This document shows, piece by piece, positions 1 to 13,260 of a stretch of DNA of 64,000 nt. The stretch is from Paraphysomonas bandaiensis. Lineage: Eukaryota > Protista > Chrysophyceae. A program made the position numbers and the translations under genes. The notes under the pieces were generated by a model. It had not been told where the DNA came from, did not search any database, and saw only the letters and a list, made by a program, of their open reading frames with translations. The stretch spans positions 310,001 to 374,000 of the forward strand of contig CBFFRP010000426.1 of the NCBI GenBank assembly GCA_965644295.1. The letters run 5' to 3'. The stretch's first letter is position 1, and each line of letters begins with the position of its first letter.

Positions 1-242
1 CGCAGCATAACCTTTTCAAACTTCGAGTATTGCACAAACCCTGATGGTTCATCATCTTGCATTTCAGGTAGTATCTCTTTAACCAACATCTTCTCAGTGG
101 GAAAGGCACCAAGAGCTCTCATTATTGTACCCACTTCCTCATTAATAACGGAATCACTTTTCTCTTTATCAAATAAATCAAATGTTTCCCTTATTTTCCG
201 CTGTGTTTCAGCTGTCCACTGTTCTGTTCTTTGAGTTGTCAT
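1..242 (-). CDS. EF-hand protein, EFCAB2/DRC8-like (5' part; runs off the window)
   Basis: Manual translation from ATG at 242: MTTQRTEQWTAETQRKIRETFDLFDKEKSDSVINEEVGTIMRALGAFPTEKMLVKEILPEMQDDEPSGFVQYSKFEKVML, a calmodulin-like EF-hand pair resembling dynein regulatory complex subunit 8. Confidence 0.75.
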   Translation of the reverse strand, partial: MTTQRTEQWTAETQRKIRETFDLFDKEKSDSVINEEVGTIMRALGAFPTEKMLVKEILPEMQDDEPSGFVQYSKFEKVML

Positions 243-990
243 TTGTGTTATTTTTCAAGATAATTTGTTTAATTAGAAGTGACTTACACTCCTGTATGCT
301 AATAATACAAATCACGAATAAAGATGATAGAAGAAGAGATTCAATATGGTCTTTATTAGTGTTACTGCTCGAGATATATTTGCAATATGATGGCAGTATG
401 GTCATGATAATTATGCTCTATAAAGACACTGTGCAGACTGCTTATGTATGTATATATGTATGTATTTTACGTATGGATGTTATGTACGTATGATGTACAT
501 GTATGTATGATATGTTGTATAGTGAAACTGACTACGAACTATGGGAGTGTACTGTATATGCATGTATATATATGAGCATACATACTGACAACTAGTGTAC
601 AGGAGGAGCAGCAGGTTTTTGGCTAACGAGGGTTTGTATATGACAAAAGCGTTTCATACATACACATACATACACAGACATACATACACAGACATACACA
701 GACATACATATGCGTGCATGTCCATCTATAGATACATACATACATATGAGATTGTAAGTCTCAGCTTGCATCAGAACTAGAGGAACAATAAACCTACTAC
801 CAAACACTTGACGTAACCATAGGAAACACTATCTGAATGCAGTCATCTATGTATTAACTCTCTCCTTATCTTGCAATATATCTACTCTTATATATATACA
901 CTCTCATAGAACTGTATCCACATAAACATATATACATATCTGTATACACTCACCTCTAACCTCTTCACTATCACACTCTATTAATTAATT

Positions 991-3271
991 ATGCAGAATA
1001 GATTAGTCATCGACCATTCAATAGACTCACCAGCAGCAGGCTCTCTATCATCCCCAAGTTTCAGTCCACAAAAATCATTAAGTATGAAACTTAGAGCTGA
1101 GTCTACACTAATCTCTCGTCCTAACTCCACTATGTCACGTACACTTCCGAAAGTGACGAAACGACGATCATCTAATATTCATCTTCCTGTGAAAATACCC
1201 AAATCAGATGTAGCAAAGATGTATGAAAAGTTGAGTGGTTTGTATGAGACTGAAGGATTTGAATCATTCCCTTCCCGTGGTGCTATAATGCACCCCTCAA
1301 CTGTTTGTGTTCGATGTGCAAGCCATGCATCTCTCTGTGTGCCATGTGCTGATACTCTTGCCCAAGAAGCTGTAGGCTTCTTTCGAAAGTCCCAGGCTGT
1401 AGGGGCATATCACCTGTTTGACAATGCAATCAAACAAGCTGGGGCTTCGAAGGTTGTTCGATTTATTGTATTTCGATGCTGGAAAAATACTGTACGTCGT
1501 ATATCATACAATAGAGGCCAGAGGGAGAAAATGACGTCAAAAGTGTATTTTTTCCGTGTTCTTAGGGAGCCATTCGCGAGTTGGGTAAAATTCACTAGAG
1601 AATGTCAGACCGAGCGACGAGAAAAACGCATTGAACAATTAGAGGATAAAGTAAAAGTATTAGAGCAAACAGTAAATAAGTTTTCAATGGAGAAGGCCGC
1701 GGCAGAAAAGCAGGTATGTTGTGCGTATGTACAAATATTGTTTGTGGCATTTGGTAATACATTTTCAGATTAAGCAATTGCTTATCATTAAATCAAAGAA
1801 TGAAGAGGCAGCTGAGGCACAAAGACAACACATTGCTTCACTGGACGATACGATAAAGCTAGAACGCTCACGAGTTATTCGTTTGTCGCAGTTGTTGAGC
1901 GAAACAACACCACGTTTTGTGAACCTCGTTAAGGCATCGTCGAAAAGTACTCTGAACGGCAGCGTCAGACATATTAACCTTACACATGGTATGAACGTTT
2001 CGGCGATGAATCTGGGGAAAGTACTAAAGCCCCAGACATCTGGGAGACCGAGGCCGAGCCGGTTGGCAGGTGGCCAAAGTAGTGCAACTTCCTCAGCTGC
2101 TGGTTCGTCAACGCCGACTACTCTTTTGCTTGCCTGGACCAATCATATTTCTAAAAGTCTAATAGGAGTAAATCTACAAGTATCCTCAGGCGAATCTGTG
2201 CTGCTTGAGGAATATCTGCCACCCTACCAGGAGACAAAGTCTGTCGAGACCCTTAAGTCAGGCAAGCAGCTATCAAGGGTAGTGGTGCGGATGATCTATC
2301 ACATTCTCTCGAACCAGCCGAAAGCACCTCCCCCTGGAGCTCGGCCTCCTCCCCGTGGCATCCGCCCCCCCATGTCCTCTGATGCAAGTGCGCCATCTGC
2401 ACCCACTCCTGTTGTCCCTACTGGCCCCCCGTCTGGATCTCCTTCCATTTCACTTCCGCCACTATCGCTTGAGCAATTGCAAGAGATCAAGAACAGTATC
2501 ACTTCGAATCACAGCCTAGTCTACATAACCATGAGTCTCATGGGTAAATATTTCAAGTCACCGATGTTTCCCATCGATCACATTATTGGGGGAGTCTCAG
2601 ACACCATTCAGGCCGTAATAGCTCATCTTATGTTTGTCTGGTTTGGATTTGACGGGCATTCAGCTAGCGCGGAGGAAAAAGCGGAGATGACTAAGGCCCT
2701 CGAAAAGCAATCGAAACTTCTGTCTGAAATGGAGGCTCTGAGCAACTCTGTATGCACGACTAAAGCCTTACGTATTCCAGAACTAACGTTAGAAGACACT
2801 GTCTCTGAAGAACAAGGGGATGTGGCGAATGAGCCCTCAAAGAAAGACGCTAAAGATTCGTCCAAACGTACCCAGCGCATGAGCAGAGAAGACGTCTCCT
2901 CACCAGCACCACCGGCTGGTGCGAAGGACTCGTCTAGAGGTAAGGAATCTGCTCGAGATAAGGAACGCAATCCACGGAGCATTATGGATTTATACGATGA
3001 AGAAAGATATGCTCTCATTGGATCTGCACTCGACAACTACTTTTGTCACGCTGGCACTTCGGAGGAGCTCGTGAAATCTATGGCAGATTTCGATCGCGCT
3101 ATTCGGGATGTGAATGACTTTTCTGCTGCCGTGTATATGAAGCAAAAACACGCAGTGACAGGGATGCAGCATGCGCTCGATGTACATCGTCAACTTGCTG
3201 TGGCTTCCACTGCTAACTTGGTCCATGCAGCTGGCTGGCAACATGAGTCGAAATGTGAATCAGAAACGTGA
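991..3271 (+). CDS. Hypothetical coiled-coil protein with a probable calponin-homology-like region; 2 exons (991-1713, 1769-3271)
   Basis: ORFs 991..1773 and 1721..3271 join in phase across GT..AG intron 1714-1768; LLLAWTNH...LKSGKQLSRVV...IIGGVSDTIQAVIAHL resembles a CH domain. Confidence 0.6.
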
Positions 3272-3379
3272 ATGCTTAAATTCTTGGTTTTGTTCGTCTG
3301 AATATGTACTAGTAAAGCATATATTTGTGTGTGTGTTTTCATAGCCTTATTTAAAGTGCACTAAGTAGTGCGTCGTAAG

Positions 3380-4029
3380 TAGTAGTGAATGTCTGATTAT
3401 TAGCAATAGGCGTGTAAGAGTCAGAACTAATATAGCAAAACAATTTAACTAAATAGTGCCTAACTCTGACATCCTACTATTTAGCGCTACAAAAGCTGTT
3501 TGTGTGTCACCGCAAGCACTAATAGGTGCAACCACATTCGCTCTCTGTCCTTAAGGTGAACTACCCCAGATGCTTGACTTCAGCAGGCAGCCCAATACCC
3601 CGCATACCTTTGAGGTGGCTCATTCCCGGATGCCTGTTTATTCGTCAAGGGTCAAGACCCAAAGACGTCTACACAAGTGACACTTATTAGTGTCTCTTGT
3701 ACCACACAAGCATTTTACCATGAGTGGGCAGAACAACATCTGCTGACTATAAACTATGCGGCCCACGTTAGTTTCCCGGAGAAATGTCTCCAGTACTTAT
3801 CCCCCATAACATCACGAGAAGGTGCGAGTCCGATTTTGTTGAGAGACTTAAGGACAGAGAGCGAAAGTGGTTGCACCTTGGTGCTTGCGGTGACACACAA
3901 GAAGCTTTCGTAGCGCTAAATAGTAGGATATCAGAGTTGGGCACGATTTAGTTAAATCAGTTAAATTGTTTTGCTATATTAGTTCTGCTTCTTATACGCC
4001 TATTGCTAATAATCAGGCATTCACTACTA
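3380..4029. repeat. Family-A dispersed repeat, copy 1, with an inverted duplication of its first ~175 bp (arms 3380-3555 and 3847-4029)
   Basis: tagtagtgaatg...gtccttaag reappears reverse-complemented as cttaaggac...cattcactacta; the core matches copies at 27.0, 39.6/50.1, 61.8 and 63.3 kb. Confidence 0.85.
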
Positions 4030-4357
4030 TACCATTATACCCACCCAGGAGCAAGTAGGGGAAAAACACTATGATGTAAGTATATAATGTATCAAAGTTG
4101 GCTGTTTATCGGGCACGTCAGCTTTTGCATGCGGATAAAATAATCAGGAGCATCATGTAGCTTGTAGAAAAAATAATGGAGGATAACACTTTGAAGAAAG
4201 GGTAGTTTGCTTACAGCATAGTACGACGTTTCTATCCATATAATTTTTCAACAGTAAAAAACCTATGACTACAGAATAATACCACCCGATCGTGGGAACA
4301 AACACTGCTAATCATTGTATACACACGACACACATACAACTGATGATACCATACACA

Positions 4358-7300
4358 CTATGCACATCTTGAGAGTAAATGGTGGCCTCTGACATCAACT
4401 ACAGCTGAGCCTATACATTCATCCGCACTTGAAGAAAAAATGTCAACCTCCTATAATTACAGCGTTCAAATAGTCATTTCGGAATACACGTATTACGCAA
4501 CACGTACCTGTCGCACGATGCTACACGAGTCCTCTATCATGACCCACAAGTCTACAATAGCATCTCCGACAACTGTACATGATTGTCGGTCTTCATCAGT
4601 GGCCTCCAATATCTGGATGGTTAGGGAAAGACTCTCCATCTTAGACCCAATCTCTCCCGCAAGTAAGAGACTCGACTCGCGATTGAATGCAATGTCTGTA
4701 AAACAACGTTGAATAAAAGGAAAGCAAGTACGAGGTATAATGGCATACATGAGGCATAGCTAACTGGAATAACAGACATACGGACGTTCGTCTGAATGGC
4801 ATCAGAAATTGGCGACAAGGCATCCATAAAATCAATCTGCAAATACACCTGCAGTACCATACTATCAAAAGAATGGGTCACTGTACAAGCAAATCACCTT
4901 AGATGACGTAAATACCCCGTTATCAAAGCGGACAGCACTGACGAACACATCGAGTGCATTGGCCGTCTCAACAAGCTCCAGTGGAGCACGGCCTGGAGTC
5001 CACTGAATCACAGAGGGAGTCTCATTCACAGGTGACAAAGAACTCCCAGCTACTACGGATGATCCCTTGTAAGTGCCATCTCCATCATGAATATTGACTG
5101 TGGAGCTATTTTCCCGACTAAGATGACCCACTCTTTCACCAGGTGACCCCATTGACGAAAGAGTGTTACTATAGGTAGCATTAAAACGCTTGGTGCCCAA
5201 TAACACGTCATCCCCGTCACTGGTAGAGGTATATGATCGCAGCCCACCTGTTGCGTTGTTGGGACTCTCATCGCCATGTTGAATGAATCTCAGGACGTCT
5301 GATTGTAGCTCTTCATCATTTTGAGCAGGAGACTCAGCTTCGGGTAGATAACGGCTAGCATCCAAAGAGCTATTAAGAGATCGCAAAGACAAGTCCATCT
5401 GATTCGCGACGTAGTCATTGTCGGCCACTTCTGGGGCTTTCGTATGCTCATGCTTCAGACTTTCCGTAGTCCCCTCCGGCATGTCTCGAGATACATCAAA
5501 GGAAAAATCTTGTACACCATCTTCATCCCTGCCTTCATGGTGCTCATGCTTTGGACTAGTTACAACCACAGAGGCTGAGAGCTCGCCGCTGGCATGTTCG
5601 AATAGCTCATCGTGCTCTTCAATCATATCAGTCGATACAGCCGACAAATTGGAAATGTTGGTATTCGACCTCAAGCGGGACGACGCCTTCGCATCGTCTA
5701 TAGAGTTACCTTCCTTTATGGCTAACACCGCATCCGCATTTAGGTTATTCCCCTCGTCACGATTCAAGACTTTGCTGTCAATAGACCCATCATTACTTCG
5801 TACTGTCTCGTCCACGCACTCTGCGGTATCGCTGATTCCTTCTACTGAGTCTGCTCTTTCTTCATCAATACTAGTATGTTTCGTACTGTCTACTATTTCT
5901 ACAGAGGGCATCTCATGGGAAGGGGATGGTTTGTCTGGGCATATACTGGTATCAGGTGGGGTTTCATTAGTTTCAACCGGCATCAGAGAGTCCACAGACA
6001 TAACGCCTGTTGCAGACATGCCAGTGCTCCAGCCAACAGCACTGTGACGGACAGTAGTGCTGCCGCTGGGATCATATTCATCACGTGGAGGACGAATCCA
6101 TTCAGTACTTGGCTGGACTGGTGCATCTTGTACAGTATCACTTTCCACGTCAGCACAGTCGTTGCGCTCTTTCGTCGATGTGGCCGCAACAGCAGGCTCG
6201 TGAACAGACAGGTGGTCACTTCCACCAACACGAATTTCCCTCGAAACCACACGACGCAAACCCGGTCGATCACTAATCTCCCATGAAGCGACAGGCTCTG
6301 CTTTCTTCTCCCCTTCCGGTTGTGTTTTCTTCCCCTGTGAATGGCTCCTTATATGTTCAGGTTGTTCCCATAACAATGGAGAATTTTCCTGAGATCTAAC
6401 GACCGGGGAACCCCGTTTTCCCTCCTCCAGGCCATCATTTTCCAAATCTGGCTTCCGTCCTACGCTTCTAGACCATGGCTCAGGAACTCGTTGGTTAAGT
6501 GAATTAGAAGCACGACTTGTGGTAAGGTTATCCTTTCCACTTCTGCGAGCGATACTTCCTGTACTGGCATCAGTTCTTGACTTGGGTGCTTTTGACTTCT
6601 TTTTATGCTTCCTCGAACTCTTTTTATTTCTTGTCTCTTCTTGAGCGACAAATTTCTTAGCCATATCTGGACTCAAAACCTTTAGAAGGTCAAGGTACTG
6701 CTCATGTAGATCATCCACGTCCTCGTGCTCCCGTTGAAGCGCTTTATTGCGTGCCCTGGAAAAATAAATGGTTAAATATGAAATAGGGATTGTCGAATCT
6801 TTTGTAATCCAGGATGCGAATGCAACAAATTCTATTAGCAAAGAAGAGTTGTATCACATACAACCCCACTTCTACCTCAATGATCATACCCACTTACCTT
6901 AATTTTGATATTTGCACGTCTATGTGTTCTTCTTCTTCAACGAAACAGTCTAAAGCCTTATTCAGTATTTTCTCCTTTTCAATAAACATTTCCTGGCAAG
7001 CCAGTAAATACTGCGTTGCATACTGCGCAAGCTGTACTGTATGATGGAAGCGAGGATCTACATCTGAATTAACAGGTTAGTTGCGTGGGAACCAGAGGAG
7101 TATGGAATGCACCTTCTTGAGAGACGTCGCCCGTTGCAACATCATCCAGGCACGTCAGCAACAATGGTGCGTCAGCGGTATATGTAACTCTATCCAAGAA
7201 GAGTAAATAACAAATTACAATAGAGCCACACTTAATTGTAGAAAATACCACCTTTCTAAATTCAAGCTTCGTATTCGATCCCAGTTAATTCTCCGTCCAA

Positions 7301-7778
7301 GCTTCCGGAATCTAAACCCAGGAGGCACTTGTTTCTGATTCATTTCACTATACACCGACCCTTCACGACGTTTACTAGCCATTGGCTTTCCAGAAGTGTC
7401 ATTGTCTACGTATGTTTTCGAAATATATACATAGTAAAACACTTTGCCCACACGATCACCGTTATTGTATACATCGCAATACGTTACGTCCTTATTATCA
7501 AGTGTGGAGATATTGACATCACCAGTACCAATAAATGTCGTCAATTCACCATCAACATTAAGAATTTTCATTTTTAATGATAAAAGAGATTGATTCCATG
7601 GCACACATAGCCTTCCACCAGTTGTTAATACAGTAGGATTCGTCTCATAGTGTGAGATATGACCATGATCATATGTTGCTTGTATTGTCCCAATTAATTT
7701 ACAATGATTTGAAAAAAATACATGCTTTGATATCTTTCTTCTAATAACTTCAATAATTAATTCATAGTCATGAGGCAT
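4358..7778 (-). CDS. Multi-exon cilium-associated protein: N-terminal C2-like region, DZIP1-like N-terminal domain, long disordered linker, C-terminal RPGRIP1-type C2-like domain
   Basis: FRFRKLGRRINWDRIRSLNLER...VQLAQYATQYLLACQ resembles Dzip-like_N; SCTVVGDAIVDLWVMIE...EVDIFSS resembles RPGRIP1_C; exons linked by short introns; stop at 4358-4360. Confidence 0.6.
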
Positions 7779-8009
7779 TATATAGAGAGGAGCTCCTGTA
7801 TGTATGTGTGTGTGTATGTATGTGTGTTGTGTGTATGTATGTATGTATGTATGTGTGTATGTAGTAAATTACTGATAGAACCGATTAATTATAAGATACT
7901 GTTTCATTTGATATAATCCTTATATGAACGATCATATCCAACTCTTGTTAATAGGAGAGATTGACGGACGATGGGGTTCTATAGTGCTACTATAAGATGG
8001 GATCGTGTG

Positions 8010-8074
8010 TATGTATGTATGTATGTATGTATGTATGTATGTATGTATGTATGTATGTATGTATGTATGTATGT
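8010..8074. repeat. (TATG)n microsatellite in a divergent promoter region
   Basis: Direct reading; degenerate TATG/TGTG tract also at 7798-7862. Confidence 0.95.
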
Positions 8075-8465
8075 ACATAGAAAGAATTTAAATTTCGACA
8101 TATAGATTGTATTATTATAGAATACAGGTGCAGTATGAAGTGTGGACGGTGTACATATATACATGTGCGTGTGGACATGATACACAGCTGCCTTGAAACT
8201 CTTGATTGTGTACTCTGGTGTATTGTATAGATATATATGTACACCGGTACACATATGTTCGTAGCACACATCAGTGGACAAGTACACATATACTAACAAT
8301 ACATCCACCACACCATGTACACAACCCTCATAACAATCACAGAACACTTATCTCCCACTCTCTTCTCTACATCACACTTTATATCCAATACACTACTTAT
8401 CCCCTCTATCACCCTGTATTACCAGGCCTACAATCACGCTGAATCTATTAAGATTGTCTGCTAAC

Positions 8466-10382
8466 ATGCCCTCGAAAGCTAAGAGTAACACTATAGCTAT
8501 AAAACCAACATATAAAATCATAGGGAACAATAGATATGTGAAGGTACATAAAACAATCATAGAAACATATGAAAATAAGATTTTTTTATATATAGCCATA
8601 TATATTTGAGTTCTCTACTTTTGCAAAGGGTAGATGGTTAGGAAGGAGAGTGATTGATGTGTTGCTTGCTGAATTCGGAGGATATGATCTTAATTATTGG
8701 GAGCATGCGATTGCTAATTCTAATATATTAGTCAATAATGCACGTACCCATCAGGATTATGTATTTCGAAACAGTGATAGACTGGTTCACCGAACTCATA
8801 GACATGAACCTCCGATTCAAGGTGGATTGCAATTTGTGGGAGAGACTGACGAACTGTTTGCAGTATGCAAGCCATCTTCTTGGCCAAGTAATGATTATAA
8901 GAAGCGCTTCTGTTCTGCTTGTTTTTTCCAAATATAATACATTCTGTTTCTCTTTAGTGCACCCATGTGGCGGGTACAGGTTCAACACACTTACTGCCAT
9001 CCTCTCTCATGAACCTCTTGTAAATGATCAGCCGGAACTCTCTACAGTCCATCGACTTGATCGGTACATATTTATCTCTTATAAATCAGTATATACTGAC
9101 GTTTTTATGATTTAGAGTTACATCTGGACTGATTGTGCTGGCCAAATCCGCTCGAATTGCTGGTGAAGTCTCAAAAGAGATCAGAGAGAACAGCACGCAA
9201 AAAGTGATTCCCTGATGTACTTTTATCCATATCATCCTTAAGAAGTAACAGGTATATCTGGCCCGCGTGCGTGGGCGATTCCCGACTATGGTACCAGACT
9301 TGCCAGAATTAACTGTGGAACAGCTGAGGGCGCCCACAGAGAGCGAGGAGGTCCAGAGAGAGCTCGGTGCTGCCTGTACTGTTAGTCAGAGAGAGGAGTA
9401 CACGGACACGCAGACTTCAGTAAAAAAGAAGAAGCCTAACCCAGAAACGCAGGAGGTTGAATATACTGGGAGAGTGGCATCTCCTGCTTCTGTGCCGGAA
9501 GGAACCGAGGCGGTTGGGTGGGGGATGGACGGCGACCTGCTCTTGGTGCGCTGCCCGATAACGGTGGCCAACTACCGGGAGGGAATACATGCCTGCGACC
9601 GGACTGGGTCCACTGGAAAGTTGGCCTTGAGTGCATTCAGGTAAAATCGTTATATCTTTGTATCGAATGAAGTAGTCTGGACATAGGAACTGTGGATACT
9701 GCGCCGAGGACGATACTTCACTTGTGGAATGGTGCGTTGGTTGTATACTCAATCCGCTTGCCTGATAATGTGGTGCTGTTTACCTGTTGTGCAGCTACCC
9801 CCACACCGGCAGAACTCATCAATTGAGGCTTCACCTTCAGCTAATAGGCACACCAATAGCGAATGACCCTTGCTACGGAGGTTCGTCTTATTTTGTCTGC
9901 TTTGCCAACTGGGTTTCCTTATTTCCTACAAGAGTAGCAACAGTTCCGTAATCTTTTGTGCAGGTGAGCTCTTCTATGGTGACTCTGAGAGGCTTCAGCT
10001 CGCACGGGGTGTCGCACGACGGCTGTTGAAACAAAAACAAGCCTCTGGGGGACGACTTCTGCATCATCTGCCTCATCTTCATCACTTGTGTGATGAAGAT
10101 TCTGGAGGAGTGTCAGAAGATACAGCGGAAGATGCACAAGCAGAGTCACGTATAGAAACGTCAATTGCACCTGTGGTTGAAAGAATTGACACTGAGAGTG
10201 ATGAGGAATATCTGGTACGGAGTTGTAGGTACTGTCAGCCCGGAGCTGGTGTGATATCTCCAGAAGATGAGGCACTTGTGCATTGTGATGGGATATGGCT
10301 TCATGCTTTGCGTTATAGTGGAAAGAATTGGTCTTTTGAAACACAAGAACCAGAGTGGGCTAATAGAGAGAAATTTTTATAA
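8466..10382 (+). CDS. RluA-family RNA pseudouridine synthase (RPUSD2/Rib2-like), multi-exon
   Basis: Motifs [27 protein letters not shown], catalytic [36 protein letters not shown] across short-intron exons. Confidence 0.9.
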
Positions 10383-10864
10383 TAGTCCATCAATATAACT
10401 TAGAGATATAGCTGGATATATAGTAAACCTCGACTGATACTTATAAGGTATTAGTAATAATATTAGAAAGATGACCTCATACAATACCAGTTATGGGAAT
10501 AAACTTCAAAATTTATATTGTTAACTAGGGAATAGCATTCAGAATTGAAGTGACACATGTGTTACGCTACTACTATGGAGATTAATTCAACTCATTCATA
10601 TTGTATCTTCTCAGAATATCCTTGCGATTTAAGTCCAGCTGCTATTCGTCTTAAACTCAGTGTGCTTCGTATTACCGTGAGCCCTTCCTATAGATGTCTT
10701 GAATTTAAGATGAGTATTACTACAATTACAAAAGCTGAAAGATAAATCTGATTATATTATATTATTATTATTAAAAATCATTGCTTAAAATGAATTGCTA
10801 AAGCAGTACAGAGAAATTATTCAGGATAAAATCTCGTGGTCCAATTCAGAGGATATAATATGGG

Positions 10865-12850
10865 TTAATCGATCTCCTCAATCTTAGGCCCTTCGTCTGC
10901 TCCAGCAGATGACTGAGGTGCTCCACCAGCTCCTCCTGGAAATCCTCCTGGCATCCCACCACCAGGGAACCCGCCAGGCATACCCCCAGGCATACCACCT
11001 TCTGCACCACCGGATAGATTCTGCAAAATGGGAAGAACAACGGACTCCAGAGCCTTCTGCTTAGCTTCGTACTCTTCCTTCTCGGCACCCTGATTAGCAT
11101 CAAGCCACTGAGTAGTTTCAGAGATAGCGGCTTCAATCTTAGATTTGTCATCCGCTGACAACTTATCGGACATCTTCTCGTCATTGATAGTGTTGCGCAT
11201 CTGGTAGGCATAGTTCTCAAGGGAGTTCTTGGCCTCAATACGGGCCCGATTGGACTCGTCCTCCGCCTTGTATCTCTCCGCCTCCTGTACAAGACGTTCG
11301 ATCTCCTCTGCACTCATACGTCCCTTGTCGTTCTTGATGGTAATTTTCTGTTCTTTTCCAGTAGACTTCTCAGCCGCAGACACATTCAAAATGCCGTTTG
11401 CGTCAATGTCAAAAGTTACATCGATCTGAGGCACACCACGGGGCATTGGAGGGATGCCTTCCAACTGGAACTTGCCGAGGATGTTGTTATCCTTTGTCAT
11501 CGCGCGCTCTCCTTCAAATACCTGGATAAGTACACCGGGCTGGTTGTCTGCATACGTGGAAAAAGTCTGTGATTTCTTCGCAGGAACAGTTGTGTTGCGC
11601 TTTATGAGAGCAGTCATGACGCCACCAGCGGTCTCGATACCAAGAGAAAGAGGGGTAACATCCAACAAAAGGAGGTCCTGCAGCTTCTCCGACTGGTCTG
11701 TCCCAGAGAGAATTGCGGCCTGCACAGTGGCACCGTATGCAACAGCTTCGTCTGGGTTAATGGACTTGTTGAGTTCCTTACCATTGAAGAAGTCACTCAA
11801 CAATTCCTGAATCTTGGGGATACGGGTGGACCCTCCAACAAGCACAATCTCGTGAACTTGGGACTTGGAGAGCTTGGAATCCTTAAGAACCTTCTCCACA
11901 GGGTCCATGCATTTGCGGAAATAGTCCATATTCATATCCTCGAACCTTGCCCGGGTGATCACAGAATTGAAGTCAACACCTTCATAGAGGGAGTCGATCT
12001 CGATGTGGGCCTGAGTAGAAGAGGAGAGAGTACGTTTGGCGCGCTCACATGCGGTGCGCAGACGACGCAATGCGCGCTGGTTATCCCCGATGTCCTTACG
12101 GAACTTGCGCTTGAACTCTTGCACAAAGTAATCGACCATTCGATTATCGAAATCTTCTCCACCCAAATGGGTATCACCCGCTGTGGCCTTGACTTCGAAA
12201 ATACCCTCCTCAATAGTAAGAAGAGATACATCAAATGTTCCACCACCCAGGTCAAAGATCAATACATTTTTTTCAGTCCCTTTCTTGTCTAGACCGTAAG
12301 CGATTGCTGCAGCTGTGGGTTCGTTGATAATGCGCATCACATTCAGTCCAGAGATAACTCCGGCATCCTTTGTAGCTTGTCTCTGAGAGTCATTGAAGTA
12401 TGCTGGCACAGTGATGACAGCATTCTTGACCTCACGACCAAGGTAAGCTTCAGCAATCTCCTTCATCTTCATAAGGACCATGGAGGATATTTCCTCAGCA
12501 GCAAACTGTTTCACTTCCCCTTTGAAAGTAACCTGAATAAGTGGTTTACCACTAGGACCATCAAGCACCTTAAACGGCCAGTGCTTTAAGTCATTCTGAA
12601 CCACTGGATCTCCAAATCTCCTTCCAATTAATCTCTTTGCATCAAAGACTGTATTGGATGCATTCATTGCCACTTGATTCTTAGCTGCATCGCCAATAAG
12701 CCTCTCAGTCTCATTGAATGCTACATAAGATGGAGTGGTACGATTGCCCTGATCATTAGCAATAATTTCCACTCTATCATTCTGCCAAACACCTACACAA
12801 GAATAAGTTGTCCCTAAATCAATACCAACAGATGCTCCTTCAACTGCCAT
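10865..12850 (-). CDS. HSP70: Cytosolic Hsp70, intronless
   Basis: 661-aa ORF with [25 protein letters not shown] repeats and C-terminal GPKIEEID (EEVD-type). Confidence 0.98.
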   Translation of the reverse strand: MAVEGASVGIDLGTTYSCVGVWQNDRVEIIANDQGNRTTPSYVAFNETERLIGDAAKNQVAMNASNTVFDAKRLIGRRFGDPVVQNDLKHWPFKVLDGPSGKPLIQVTFKGEVKQFAAEEISSMVLMKMKEIAEAYLGREVKNAVITVPAYFNDSQRQATKDAGVISGLNVMRIINEPTAAAIAYGLDKKGTEKNVLIFDLGGGTFDVSLLTIEEGIFEVKATAGDTHLGGEDFDNRMVDYFVQEFKRKFRKDIGDNQRALRRLRTACERAKRTLSSSTQAHIEIDSLYEGVDFNSVITRARFEDMNMDYFRKCMDPVEKVLKDSKLSKSQVHEIVLVGGSTRIPKIQELLSDFFNGKELNKSINPDEAVAYGATVQAAILSGTDQSEKLQDLLLLDVTPLSLGIETAGGVMTALIKRNTTVPAKKSQTFSTYADNQPGVLIQVFEGERAMTKDNNILGKFQLEGIPPMPRGVPQIDVTFDIDANGILNVSAAEKSTGKEQKITIKNDKGRMSAEEIERLVQEAERYKAEDESNRARIEAKNSLENYAYQMRNTINDEKMSDKLSADDKSKIEAAISETTQWLDANQGAEKEEYEAKQKALESVVLPILQNLSGGAEGGMPGGMPGGFPGGGMPGGFPGGAGGAPQSSAGADEGPKIEEID

Positions 12851-13020
12851 AATTCTTATTTACTTTACTTTTGTATTGTATGTTTATTATCACTCACACT
12901 CTTGTTTAATGAAATTATGAATTGATTGTGTATTCACATATTCATGAAGTTGAAGTATATTCATAACACACTTCCCGACTTCGAATGTTCTTCAATGATT
13001 CTAATAAAGTGTTCAATAAC

Positions 13021-13050
13021 TTTTATATATTATCTCGAAAGTTCGCGAAC
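13021..13050 (-). promoter_or_regulatory. Hsp70 TATA box and heat-shock element
   Basis: cGAAagTTCgcGAAc (13036-13050) is three alternating nGAAn units, next to TATATAAAA on the minus strand (13021-13029). Confidence 0.75.
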
Positions 13051-13063
13051 AAATGATGACTGA

Positions 13064-13260
13064 ATGAACCAATCATATATCTGATATTATACGAAACTGA
13101 ATTTCATTGGATGGTATAAAATACGAGAGTGAGATTATGAACCAATCACATAGCTAGTATACTACGAAACCGTAGTTTATTGGATAGTATAAAATGAGAG
13201 ACTGTGATAATGAACCAATCATGTATCAGATATACTACGAAACCTTATATCATTGGATAT
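13064..13260. promoter_or_regulatory. Three 73-bp tandem units, each with a CCAAT and an inverted ATTGG box, upstream of Hsp70
   Basis: CCAAT at 13069, 13142, 13215; ATTGG at 13106, 13179, 13252; shared tacgaaac core. Confidence 0.75.

Noticed and set aside
11229-12589. Antisense ORFs over Hsp70 (and similar shadows over other genes and the retrotransposon)
   Set aside because: Expected by-product of codon bias; no recognisable motifs
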